NCBI GenBank assembly: GCA_046314355.1
Contig: JBKBWQ010000001.1
Coordinates: forward strand, 480,001 to 544,000
Source: Candidatus Altimarinota bacterium
GTDB taxonomy: Bacteria; Patescibacteriota; Gracilibacteria; 1-14-2-50-48-13
Direction: 5' to 3'
Length of the DNA: 64,000 bases
Numbering within the stretch: position 1 is the stretch's first letter; each line of letters starts with the position of its first letter. Both the position numbers and the translations under genes were made by a program. This document shows positions 7,401-14,400 of this stretch, piece by piece. Below the pieces are notes generated by a model. It was not told the origin of the DNA and did no database searches. It saw only the letters and a program-made list of their open reading frames with translations.

Positions 7401-10020
7401 GCGAATCGATACGAACCGACTTTGATGTACTTTCAATCTGTCCGAAATCATTTCGCCCACTCACAGTTACTTTATACGTTCCTGACTTTGTAAAAGTAAT
7501 AACTCCTCCTTCACTTCCCCGTTTCTCAATAATTACTGAGTTATCAAATGGACTCACAGTAATACCTACGGATTCAGGCACAACATATTTTGTACTAGTT
7601 TCAAGATCATAGACCGCAGGATTAGCAATTCTTGGTGTAACCGTAAAATCAATTACTGGAGAAAGTGGATAAACGAGTACTCTGTCTTCTATCACTGTTG
7701 CTTTTTCTACCCCCTGATAGAGCGCAGAGAGACGGACAGTATAGTATCCTGGCTTAAGGAAAGCATAATCAAGACTATCTCCGTCAGATGTAAGCAAATC
7801 CTTTGTGTACTCACTCTGGTTTTGCGTACCGTTCTGTCCAAGATAGATAAGGTCTATTGTCTTTTTCTGCAGGAGAGAATCTTGTGAAAAAAGCGGATAG
7901 GTATTTATTCTAAATGTTGAACCAAGCTTATTTACATGCGGACTCACATCTAATTGTGTTTTATCTCCAAATACCGTAATAGAAGTAGAAAATGAGCTAA
8001 TGGAATTATTTGTTGCCTCATCAAGCCAGTCTATTCTCAATGAATATTTTCCTGGAGAAGGAAATGAGAATACTGGTTTCTCAGTTATCACCTGAGGTTT
8101 TTGACCATTAATACTTTCTTCCGTGTCTCCTGCAGACATAGCATCTTTACGTATCTCCTTCACTTCTATCTGTTTTTGTGAACTATCCTTTGTCTCGATA
8201 CGTAGGAATGAAGGCTTAACAGTTCCGTAGAGTTTTGGATCTATTGTAAGTTTAGTAGCACTCGCAGTATCCAGCATTGGTATATAGAGAGATTTATTTG
8301 CAAGAAGTCGAAGTGTCAGAGGCTTCTGCTCGTTATCGGGTGTGAAGCTAGTATATGTACCATCCACAAGAAGACGTTGTACAGAATCTACACTAGTAGA
8401 AGTATCCCCTACTCTCGGCAGCATACTATTTGAAAAGAAGAGTCTGTTTGTTGAGATAATACGTGCATTTCCATTTTCTCCTATAGCACTGATCTGATCC
8501 ACAAGAGTAAGCGTATCCCCTCTTGTAACAGTAAATCTGAGTGCAATATCTTTTTCATTGGCAACACTGCTTGTAGTACCGACGACTTCTCCTGTTGCTT
8601 TTAGTACTTTATGTTCGATTTTCTTAGTATCTACAAAAGTACGCATGTAATTCTTTTCATCATTGATAGTCATGATGACATTTATATCATTCTCCCCGTC
8701 CGTAACAGGTATGATAGATTCTGCGACAAAGTTACCGATATTTCTTTGAGGCGTTTCATCTGCCTTCACGTTATATTCCACATCCTTGACTGTATAATAA
8801 GAAAGCGCAAGAGGTCCAGATGGATTATTAGTACCGCTGCTGTTGGTTCCATTTGTACCATTGGTTCCGTTAGTTCCGTTTGTGCCAGTTCCGTTTGTGC
8901 CGTCAGTCCCTGTGCCATCAGTTCCATTGGTTCCTGTGCCATTTGTACCATCTGTACCTGATCCGTTAGTTCCATTCGTCCCCGTACCATTTGTACCGTC
9001 TGTACTTGATCCATTAGTTCCACTTGTACCATTAGTTCCGTTCGTACCATTGGTACCATTTGTGCCATTTGTTCCTGAAGTATTTGTTCCAGTTCCTCCA
9101 TCACCAGGATTTTTTACTCCATTGACTGTGTTATATACCGTGATACGCCCTGTCGTAGTGGCGACATTTCCATTAGGCATCTTTATAGATACAGTATCAA
9201 ACAATATCTCAGAGGCACCATATGCAAGATCAAACGTGACCTTCCCGCTCTGCCTAGATGCATTATAGGTTGTAAGTACCGCACCGTTTGAACCCTTCTT
9301 AATGGTGTGAGTGATATCAGTAAACTTTGTTGTAAGATACTGATAATTAGGATCTTTCATATCAAGTTCTACTGTAACTTTCGGCTGCTGATTGAGCGTA
9401 GCGCTGCCGTTATATTTTATAGCACTCTGACCATTGATAAAGTAATTTACATCCCGTGCATTGTAGGTTGAAGACGCATAGAGGTTATCTACACCAGCAT
9501 TTGTAGTAGAGGTAAGTGCGCTCCGTTCTCCATCAGTGGAAGCAAATAAGAATCCTAAGATGAAACTCACTATTGCATAGGAAAGCAAAATCGTACCAAA
9601 ACCGATAGTGATATTAATAATCGTTGAGAGAATCTTCTTTCTTCTGTCTTCCTTATTTTCCACAATAAGAAGAATACCTTCAAATATGATAAGTACTACC
9701 GCTACAAATCCTAATATAAAGAATACTGTATTGAGGACATTTGTAATCAGTGTAAACAGGTTTCTTCTTGGATTTTCATTACTATCTTCACAGTTTTGAT
9801 CCAGCTTAATATCACAAGGATTTAAGGAATTTGTATTAAGACCTTTATTACATTGAGAATTAAGCTTGTTTTCAGCCTTCGAACAAAAATCTACATCAGC
9901 TGCATAAACATTATTTACGTGAAGTACTGTCGTACTTAACCCTATTATCAATAAAAGCATCAGCATAAGCTGTTTCCATATATTCATCTTATTTTTTTGT
10001 CGTGATGATAAAAGGTTCAT
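1423..10020 (-). CDS. 2865-aa surface protein: signal peptide, VirB2/TrbC-like pilin hairpin, Ig/PKD repeats, GTN repeat, long helical region, C-terminal TM and acidic Pro-rich tail
   Basis: Uninterrupted ORF with a hydrophobic N-terminus ending VYA-AD. It has a two-helix hairpin (LFTLITNVLNTVFFILGFVAVVLIIFEG...RRKKILSTIINITIGFGTILLSYAIVSFI), PKD-type strands (FPSPGKYSLRI, FLKPGYYTVRL, FTKSGTYKVTV, FATCGVYAVSV) and a TM segment VLLGIIILILLLGVGFYVSFLIY. The true start may be the second Met (MNIWKQ). Confidence 0.85.
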   Translation of the reverse strand: MNLLSSRQKNKMNIWKQLMLMLLLIIGLSTTVLHVNNVYAADVDFCSKAENKLNSQCNKGLNTNSLNPCDIKLDQNCEDSNENPRRNLFTLITNVLNTVFFILGFVAVVLIIFEGILLIVENKEDRRKKILSTIINITIGFGTILLSYAIVSFILGFLFASTDGERSALTSTTNAGVDNLYASSTYNARDVNYFINGQSAIKYNGSATLNQQPKVTVELDMKDPNYQYLTTKFTDITHTIKKGSNGAVLTTYNASRQSGKVTFDLAYGASEILFDTVSIKMPNGNVATTTGRITVYNTVNGVKNPGDGGTGTNTSGTNGTNGTNGTNGTNGTSGTNGSSTDGTNGTGTNGTNGSGTDGTNGTGTNGTDGTGTDGTNGTGTNGTNGTNGTNGTNSSGTNNPSGPLALSYYTVKDVEYNVKADETPQRNIGNFVAESIIPVTDGENDINVIMTINDEKNYMRTFVDTKKIEHKVLKATGEVVGTTSSVANEKDIALRFTVTRGDTLTLVDQISAIGENGNARIISTNRLFFSNSMLPRVGDTSTSVDSVQRLLVDGTYTSFTPDNEQKPLTLRLLANKSLYIPMLDTASATKLTIDPKLYGTVKPSFLRIETKDSSQKQIEVKEIRKDAMSAGDTEESINGQKPQVITEKPVFSFPSPGKYSLRIDWLDEATNNSISSFSTSITVFGDKTQLDVSPHVNKLGSTFRINTYPLFSQDSLLQKKTIDLIYLGQNGTQNQSEYTKDLLTSDGDSLDYAFLKPGYYTVRLSALYQGVEKATVIEDRVLVYPLSPVIDFTVTPRIANPAVYDLETSTKYVVPESVGITVSPFDNSVIIEKRGSEGGVITFTKSGTYKVTVSGRNDFGQIESTSKSVRIDSLLGYDVSFLGAQKEQIPDNAGIIFQAGQIFTAQVKGRFMEKVGISIRGVNQSIPNMDGPAMSEGLQVFQKEFKFNQSGYFILDFFVYETGKTIPTKVSKSVYIKDDSHPAAAFDISAVKSSGNISLRPISNLCKVGGDYMEGYLVRKNQDYILDGSYSVKNNGLPVDGNNTFTWNIDGDTNFSNQERQVIQFKSLSLLAESCQQIKLTVVDNGVASTLTKYVRVQNTFPTYSSFMVEKPFGTLTSPVTVKATLTNLADPDRAGLPRIRWFYLVQGKEMQSEISQEVASRNITIMPYGSSGAKFMYQIGAQVFDGDLENAAVTDNQKSYTLYSEAFFIQTPQVPEPSIRISSPRGPDGGKTIPWLVSSPVNLSAQAILMTGDPVSPDAKYVWKIEKTSVVVGGCSDTQGELPKTITNSGLNLPYTFATCGVYAVSVSIDDKGKTATDNVVFQVKKVPADLTPAEQAVVDNYTNSNTNTIANNPNTSNGNSNNGTNPNTIGNGNSNTQTTPIVGGGGNTNTALPYTPFNTNQNGVVTPSNGYLPGTTANPNTNTIVAQINNSNGNGTTTDDDDLPDVPPVHTLPGGTTVPTTNPNINTSQPAYSNQDGSVKPAAPTAKDIEEIKKLIQNITTSSATNPSAPVVPANVSGYKIVGPTSLVGCTNTVLVLNANGEARLACNDYNLYSSDASVIAEYLKRKDENLYNDQFKALFEALNSQTSPDARLDTFEQILKKINTSGLSAEDKAQLLKIASFVAVAPVDRTLENKMVVDAVDNLKAGLVNALTDAEKTGNTLLSKYFNELAGLKNSTVSVDVKSTKMEQILKDIMNSTLIPDSTKQQIKSDVDSSTKTLVTKVSEIIRNTTTLSEAERKDLLDRINILQSSYQNDDPVTRAKKIQDAILSLMNQQNIGTDVKTLITKEVNNSISQISDKASERISTTFKQVAGQGGLIAKNLENDLNTNSGLTNTLKALKDLKNSITNASWIPPAEKTKVDTTIVSGLNGWLQEMKRSIESSTTLSSSEKDTYYKEIDALLAAKDSSVLLPQLEKQLSVWINDKRLTNDPVLYEKLIASLSIQADTALKNARGIVNAIPITSAEDLSRRASLVTEIDQKRQQVFPSITMLSQVSDARKGLSTIPELADKSREVDAKIVSTLNGSVGTLEAIFDAEGGAIFKPYLDKYKKALSEAATSSDPAGNSLKALNELYTVISKQDARYTNLKAKLGGYVEAFSRTTHSDIDRVTKTSNAASYAAEKKIINDTIDRIKNGKMTVSEAAHELDNLKKTILASEKLPVSVKLEMITALENDPTFQDYFKALRECTPVYVRGQNNVLQRMCQEELKNNPDLKPVASDDLFSEMQRAKEALMASIDTVVTDPELKKALNILLERLVTDKTLSMEKRLKNIRLLLSLLEHPSLSQENRASLLSKLYAIPVVGDEIKIIQENDLTIQNTHGAAPRELDQILKDILAATRPLATTERSVIREMLLQIKNFYGKKPDRVDAAVSFTSRLVTESKLDAEPQKKVQEMLIGLGRTDVSIDYGSVKPEITLDKLSRELDILQGRKIYEPAKASFDTLLKASSEKDFLAAQGASAKLQDMIQKSSELNEPEKTPIILDTGVTRDFYTYVAAKINPENSNANQNQAPLEELPAPATGEPSGFVSVLLTIGKVLLGIIILILLLGVGFYVSFLIYKGRHPDEHVDFEEYILNIREAVKKFFARFRKKDGEEQLFNENAEEALPRLPKNAEAHEEAPVSAPVEAEVVEEKPAVVEQNEDRHHDDGVIPPADGTAPSWLQMTPQIQDAPVEPAISTEAPSQTFTDAEPSSETAPLFDPFAVSPSDLTPLTVPQSPELAPELSPDHPATNNNDSEESFNEGMEALQDEQDKKVDAENAEETPVFDPFAEVNILPFEPGADLAKPPAENTEKVTQEPPVKKTAPGVLPQQRANAQRPYIPRNLQTAQQQVQSRGQRPNTGTGMPKKPLPPSGQQQPPAPRKPEPPRNT
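8830..9096 (-). repeat. Coding (Gly-Thr-Asn)n low-complexity repeat within the 2865-aa gene
   Basis: Translation GTNTSGTNGTNGTNGTNGTNGTSGTNGSSTDGTNGTG...GTNGTNGTNGTNGTNSSGTNN; 9-nt periodicity with varied synonymous codons. Confidence 0.95.
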
Positions 10021-10028
10021 AGAAAGTT

Positions 10029-10628
10029 TTATTTAATTATTCCGGTAGGACTTGCAGACACATACACCTTAGTATTTTCGTTATTTTCTATACTGCTCAC
10101 TTCTGGCGCTATTGCTCCTGTCTTTGACTTGAATTCATCAATATTTACAAGGTTTACGATGGCAATCACGATCGCATATGCAAAGAATATCAGTAGTGTC
10201 CCGATTGCGATGTTTATGATGGCAGTAATAGCCTCTTTCCGTTTATCAGTCTTATCACGGGAAAGAAGAATCTGTACTCCGAAGTAAATGATAATACCGA
10301 CAGCAACAAATATATAGAACTGCAGGAAGTAGTTAATCCATCCCAGTACAAGCTGTACGAAGCTATCCTGTCTCTGTATACCTCCTGGAAGATCTTCTGC
10401 AGCATTATCCAGTCCCGCTTCAAGTCCCTCCTGTGCATATGGAAAATTATCGTTTGGATTCGGAGTTATGCCAGGATTAAATGGAAAGTTTGAATCTCCA
10501 GGATTATAGACTGGTGTATTCTCGGCAAATGCCTCTGTTGGCGCAAAGAACAACAGAGCAGTTACAGTAAGCCCCAGAGCTATCAAAACTAGTCTAAATG
10601 TTTGTTTTATGTGTATTTTTGGCCCCAT
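10029..10628 (-). CDS. VirB2/TrbC-like (T4SS_pilin-type) pilin
   Basis: Signal peptide ending AFA-EN, a short acidic/Pro linker, then the hairpin FVQLVLGWINYFLQFYIFVAVGIIIYFGVQILLS-RDKTDKRKEA-ITAIINIAIGTLLIFFAYAIVIAIVNLV, which matches the pilin pattern abundant in Patescibacteria. It ends 8 nt before the 2865-aa gene. Confidence 0.75.
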   Translation of the reverse strand: MGPKIHIKQTFRLVLIALGLTVTALLFFAPTEAFAENTPVYNPGDSNFPFNPGITPNPNDNFPYAQEGLEAGLDNAAEDLPGGIQRQDSFVQLVLGWINYFLQFYIFVAVGIIIYFGVQILLSRDKTDKRKEAITAIINIAIGTLLIFFAYAIVIAIVNLVNIDEFKSKTGAIAPEVSSIENNENTKVYVSASPTGIIK

Positions 10629-10658
10629 TAAGCATGAGAAAAGAATTATATTCCTGTT

Positions 10659-10667
10659 ATTATACCA
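10659..10667 (-). promoter_or_regulatory. Extended -10 promoter candidate for the pilin-2865aa-PKD operon
   Basis: Minus strand reads TGGTATAAT (TGnTATAAT), 30 nt upstream of the pilin ATG. Confidence 0.5.
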
Positions 10668-10800
10668 TATATGAGCTGATTAGAAAAATACTACCCAGCT
10701 TGCGAAAAGCAAATTTGATGGGTTAATTTTAAAAAGTATTGCATGAATAAAAAAAGTAAGATACTTTAACGATATTTTCTATTTTTTGCCCCATATACTT

Positions 10801-11379
10801 ATGAAAGTTGCAATCATTCGACACGGTGAGACTGAAAACAATAAGTTGGAAGTGTTCCAAAGCCCTATGGAAGGTCAGCTGACAAAGGAAGGAATAGAAG
10901 GAGCAGAAAAATTAGGACTACGTTTTAAAGATGAAGTTTTTACTATTATTTATTCTAGCGACTCTAAAAGAGCAAAAGATACTGTCGAAAAGATTACGCA
11001 GTATCATCCAGGTACACCTTTAGAGTATGTAGAGCTCCTTAGAGAGAGGAATTGCGGAGCCCTCATAGGAAGACCTAAGTCTGAGCTAGATCTCGACAAT
11101 CTCCCTGCTGATTATGAGACCGATACAATGATGCGTGTCCGTGCAAAAGAATTTAAAGTAACATACCTTGATCCGTACAAAGAAACAGATCAGTATATTC
11201 TGATCTCAACCCATGGAGCGTTCAGCAGAATGCTCATGACTGAGCTCTATGAGAGTCCCGATAAACACCCAAACAACGTAGGAGGCATCTCGAATACAGG
11301 AGTTACTGAATTTGAGTACTTCAATGACATAGGCTGGGAAAAGACACTAGATAACGACGTCTCCCACCTAAACAAATAA
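10801..11379 (+). CDS. Histidine phosphatase (phosphoglycerate mutase-like) family protein
   Basis: MKVAIIRHGET (RHG motif), IYSSDSKRA, LRERNCG, ISTHG and ISNTG motifs. The ATG at 10801 is preferred over the upstream TTG. Confidence 0.9.
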   Translation: MKVAIIRHGETENNKLEVFQSPMEGQLTKEGIEGAEKLGLRFKDEVFTIIYSSDSKRAKDTVEKITQYHPGTPLEYVELLRERNCGALIGRPKSELDLDNLPADYETDTMMRVRAKEFKVTYLDPYKETDQYILISTHGAFSRMLMTELYESPDKHPNNVGGISNTGVTEFEYFNDIGWEKTLDNDVSHLNK

Positions 11380-11396
11380 ATCATTTCCAAAGATTC

Positions 11397-11437
11397 TTTA
11401 AAAGACTAGTAACAGCATTTGTTACTAGTCTTTTAAA
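11397..11437. terminator. Probable bidirectional terminator (18-bp perfect inverted repeat)
   Basis: TTTAAAAGACTAGTAACA-gcatt-TGTTACTAGTCTTTTAAA between the convergent phosphatase and giant genes. Confidence 0.75.
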
Positions 11438-11459
11438 ATCAGAATATATAGAAGAGTCG

Positions 11460-14400
11460 CTACTTCCCTTTTACATCAAACATTTGATTATCCTGCCCAA
11501 GTGGAATAGATAAGAGACCTGCCTGGACTCCTTCTACGGTGATCAGTAACATACTTACATACATACCATTTTTTATAATAGTCTCTCCGCCAATCATATC
11601 TGCATCATATGCACTACCTTCATTCATAACAAGAGTGTCATTTTTCTTGGTGAATTCATAAAGGTTTTTCCATTCATTTTCCTGCAGTATCTGTACAGTC
11701 TGTACCTCCCCGTTTACCTGCAAGCGTACTTTGTTCTTATCATATACTTGCAAATGTACTTGATCAGTTGGTACATCTCCCTGCTTTGTTAAGAAGCTAG
11801 ATCCAAGAGATGCATCCGTACTCTTTACAGTGGTAGATGTTTTTAATGTAGTCGTAGAGAAAAGTTTTCTGACATAGGTACTTCCCTGTTTCACGAGTAC
11901 ATCAAGAGTCTTACCTTCATACGTATCATTTACCTGGATTTTTCCAGCCTTGGTTACTTCAGCAACCTGGACATTTGTACTTCCAAGTATACCTAAACTC
12001 TCCTTTGCAAGGATCCCTTCAATACGGAAAGTACCGTTCACTCCTGTTTTGATACTTTGCGGGAGCGGAAGCTCAGATATATTTTTTGTAGTACTGCCGG
12101 TCTCAGATTTCATACGCATTACCCGAAGTTCCAGCCCTTCACTAGGAGGATCTATGTGTCCTTCCACAATACCATTTTCACTATCATAGCTGTCGATGAC
12201 AATATTTGTTGTACGCGGCTCAATAGTGAGATCCTGTACAGCCATATTTCCGACCGTATCCACTGCATGAAGTCTCATATAAAATTTCTTTCCTACCTGA
12301 TCAGCAGCGAATGGAGAGATTTTAAAGACTGGAGCGTTTACTACGTAGGTATTATTTTTAGTCTTACTTACTTTACAAGAAGCGATAGCAGGATTCTTAG
12401 GATCAGAACACACAACATCCTTATCATTTGTAGCATCTCCATCCTTGTCGCTATCACTATCTGTATCCTTATCCCAATACATAGTTGCTATCTCAGAAGG
12501 ATCGGATGCATATGCCTTGATTTCCAAACCATCTTTAAGTTCCGTAGGTACAGTCATATATGCACCTTTTTCTAGAGTGATATTTGGAGAGACCGTATCC
12601 TGCTCTCTCTGTGGATGAAGAAGAATAGGAGTAGTAAAGGTACCATACGCCTTCGTTTCAGGATTATACGGTGCAATAGTAGTAGAATATGGGACTCCTG
12701 ATTTTTGGAATGAAAGTATCGCCTGCATCTGTGATGCTTTCTTTACTACTATTACTCTCTCTACCGGTGTACCTAGTTCCTCTGATTTTAACTGTTCTTT
12801 CTTTACTTGATCGGCAACCTTCAACTCTTCTGATAATGCAGGAACTCTTGACGCATCTAACGTATATGAGCTCTCTGGACTAGCATAGATATAGTACTCA
12901 ACATAATTATTCTGAACTGCATCCTTTGAGACAAGGCTATCAGTGAGCCATGCATCGGGAGTTCGATGGAATCTTATGGCATAGACAGACGGCTTAGCAA
13001 GGCTGCTGTCTCCTCTTGTCTGAGGCATCAGGGAAATAATTGCCTGTCTTGCATTTTGTCCTAGTACTCTAAAGTTCTGGACACGAGGTGTTGCTGGTAA
13101 AAGTGAATTTATAGTCTTTGTATAGATTCTCTTTGGTCCTGTATACATAGCCTTAGCTGATCCAAGATTACTTCCCTGCGCCTGAGAAAGCACATTATAT
13201 TTGATGGAAATATCACGTCCCTGGTAATAGACGATATCTCTTTGTCCGTCACCATTGAGATCCTCGGCACTATCAAGACCAGAATCCTCATCATTTCCTC
13301 CGCTGTAATTCATAATAGGCACAAAGCTTCCAGGCAGGTCAGTGAGCTGTACAAGAAGATTAGATGCAGTTTCAGAGGAAGATGGATCAGGAGGGGTATC
13401 TTCTTTAGCAGTACTTGCGGTAGTAGTTGTACTGCTGGATGTAGTAGTAGCTGCTGCAATCAAAGTCCCATCACTCGTTGAGGCTGTGATTGGAGTAATA
13501 TCAGATGTTCTCACGCCTGCCTCAGGGATATCATATGTATCTGATATAACCTTCTGAGATTCTTCGATTTCAGGTGCCATCATCTCTCTATAGTCTATTG
13601 GTACGATCGCAGCGGCATTCTGGAGTATCACCTCAAGATTTTTCTGCTGCTCATTATTTCTTTCCTCAGGAGTCTGGAGAGATAGGTCAGTGCTGGCAGT
13701 AATAGTATTAGCAAAAGAATCTGCAAGCATACCCGCATCGGCAAGTACACTTCTAAAGTCTTCCATTGTATTTACTGAACTCATATTATTAATACTATAC
13801 TGTGCCTGTTCAAGATCCTTATGGAGCGTCTCAAGATTATTTCTTGTTGCCTTCCAGTTTCTTATTCCCTGGAAAGAATCACTTGAGACTGGCTCATCTA
13901 CCTCCAAAGCTTTTCCTTCTTTCTCAGCAAGAGCTATGATATTTTCTATCTTTTCTATAGCAATATGTCTTGCTTCACCAAGAGTATCTCCAGATGTTTT
14001 CAGAAGCTCTATTTGTGCTTTCAGTGAAGGAATATAATTATCAAAGGAAATCCCATCAGCTGTGGAAACATTTTCCATCAGAGATTTAAGCGCATCCATC
14101 TGTACAAAAAGATTCTGTACATCCGGAGACTGCATAACAGCTGCTACTTGCATATTTTCTTTAAGCTGATCTTCATTCAGCGTCTCAGCAATAGCATCTC
14201 CTGTAGATCCAGTGTCTGAAATCTGAATAGAATTACTCATAGTATCTGCAAGGTCATCGCTTACCTGCTGTACGCTGTTTCGAGCACTACTGAGCGCGCC
14301 GTTTGTTGTCTCAACGGCACTATTGATTCCCTGAGAAAGACGGTCAAGCGCTGAGCGTCCATCTTCATCCTTAAATGAAGCAGCAGCATCGGATAATACT

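Noticed and set aside
8843-9268. 141-aa (VPF/VPL)n ORF on the plus strand and the 8766-9104 alternative-frame ORF
   Set aside because: They are antisense or off-frame shadows of the GTN repeat.
9544-10628. Conjugative element or ICE based on the VirB2-like pilins
   Set aside because: No relaxase, coupling protein, VirB4 or integrase lies in the window, and the context is chromosomal housekeeping genes.
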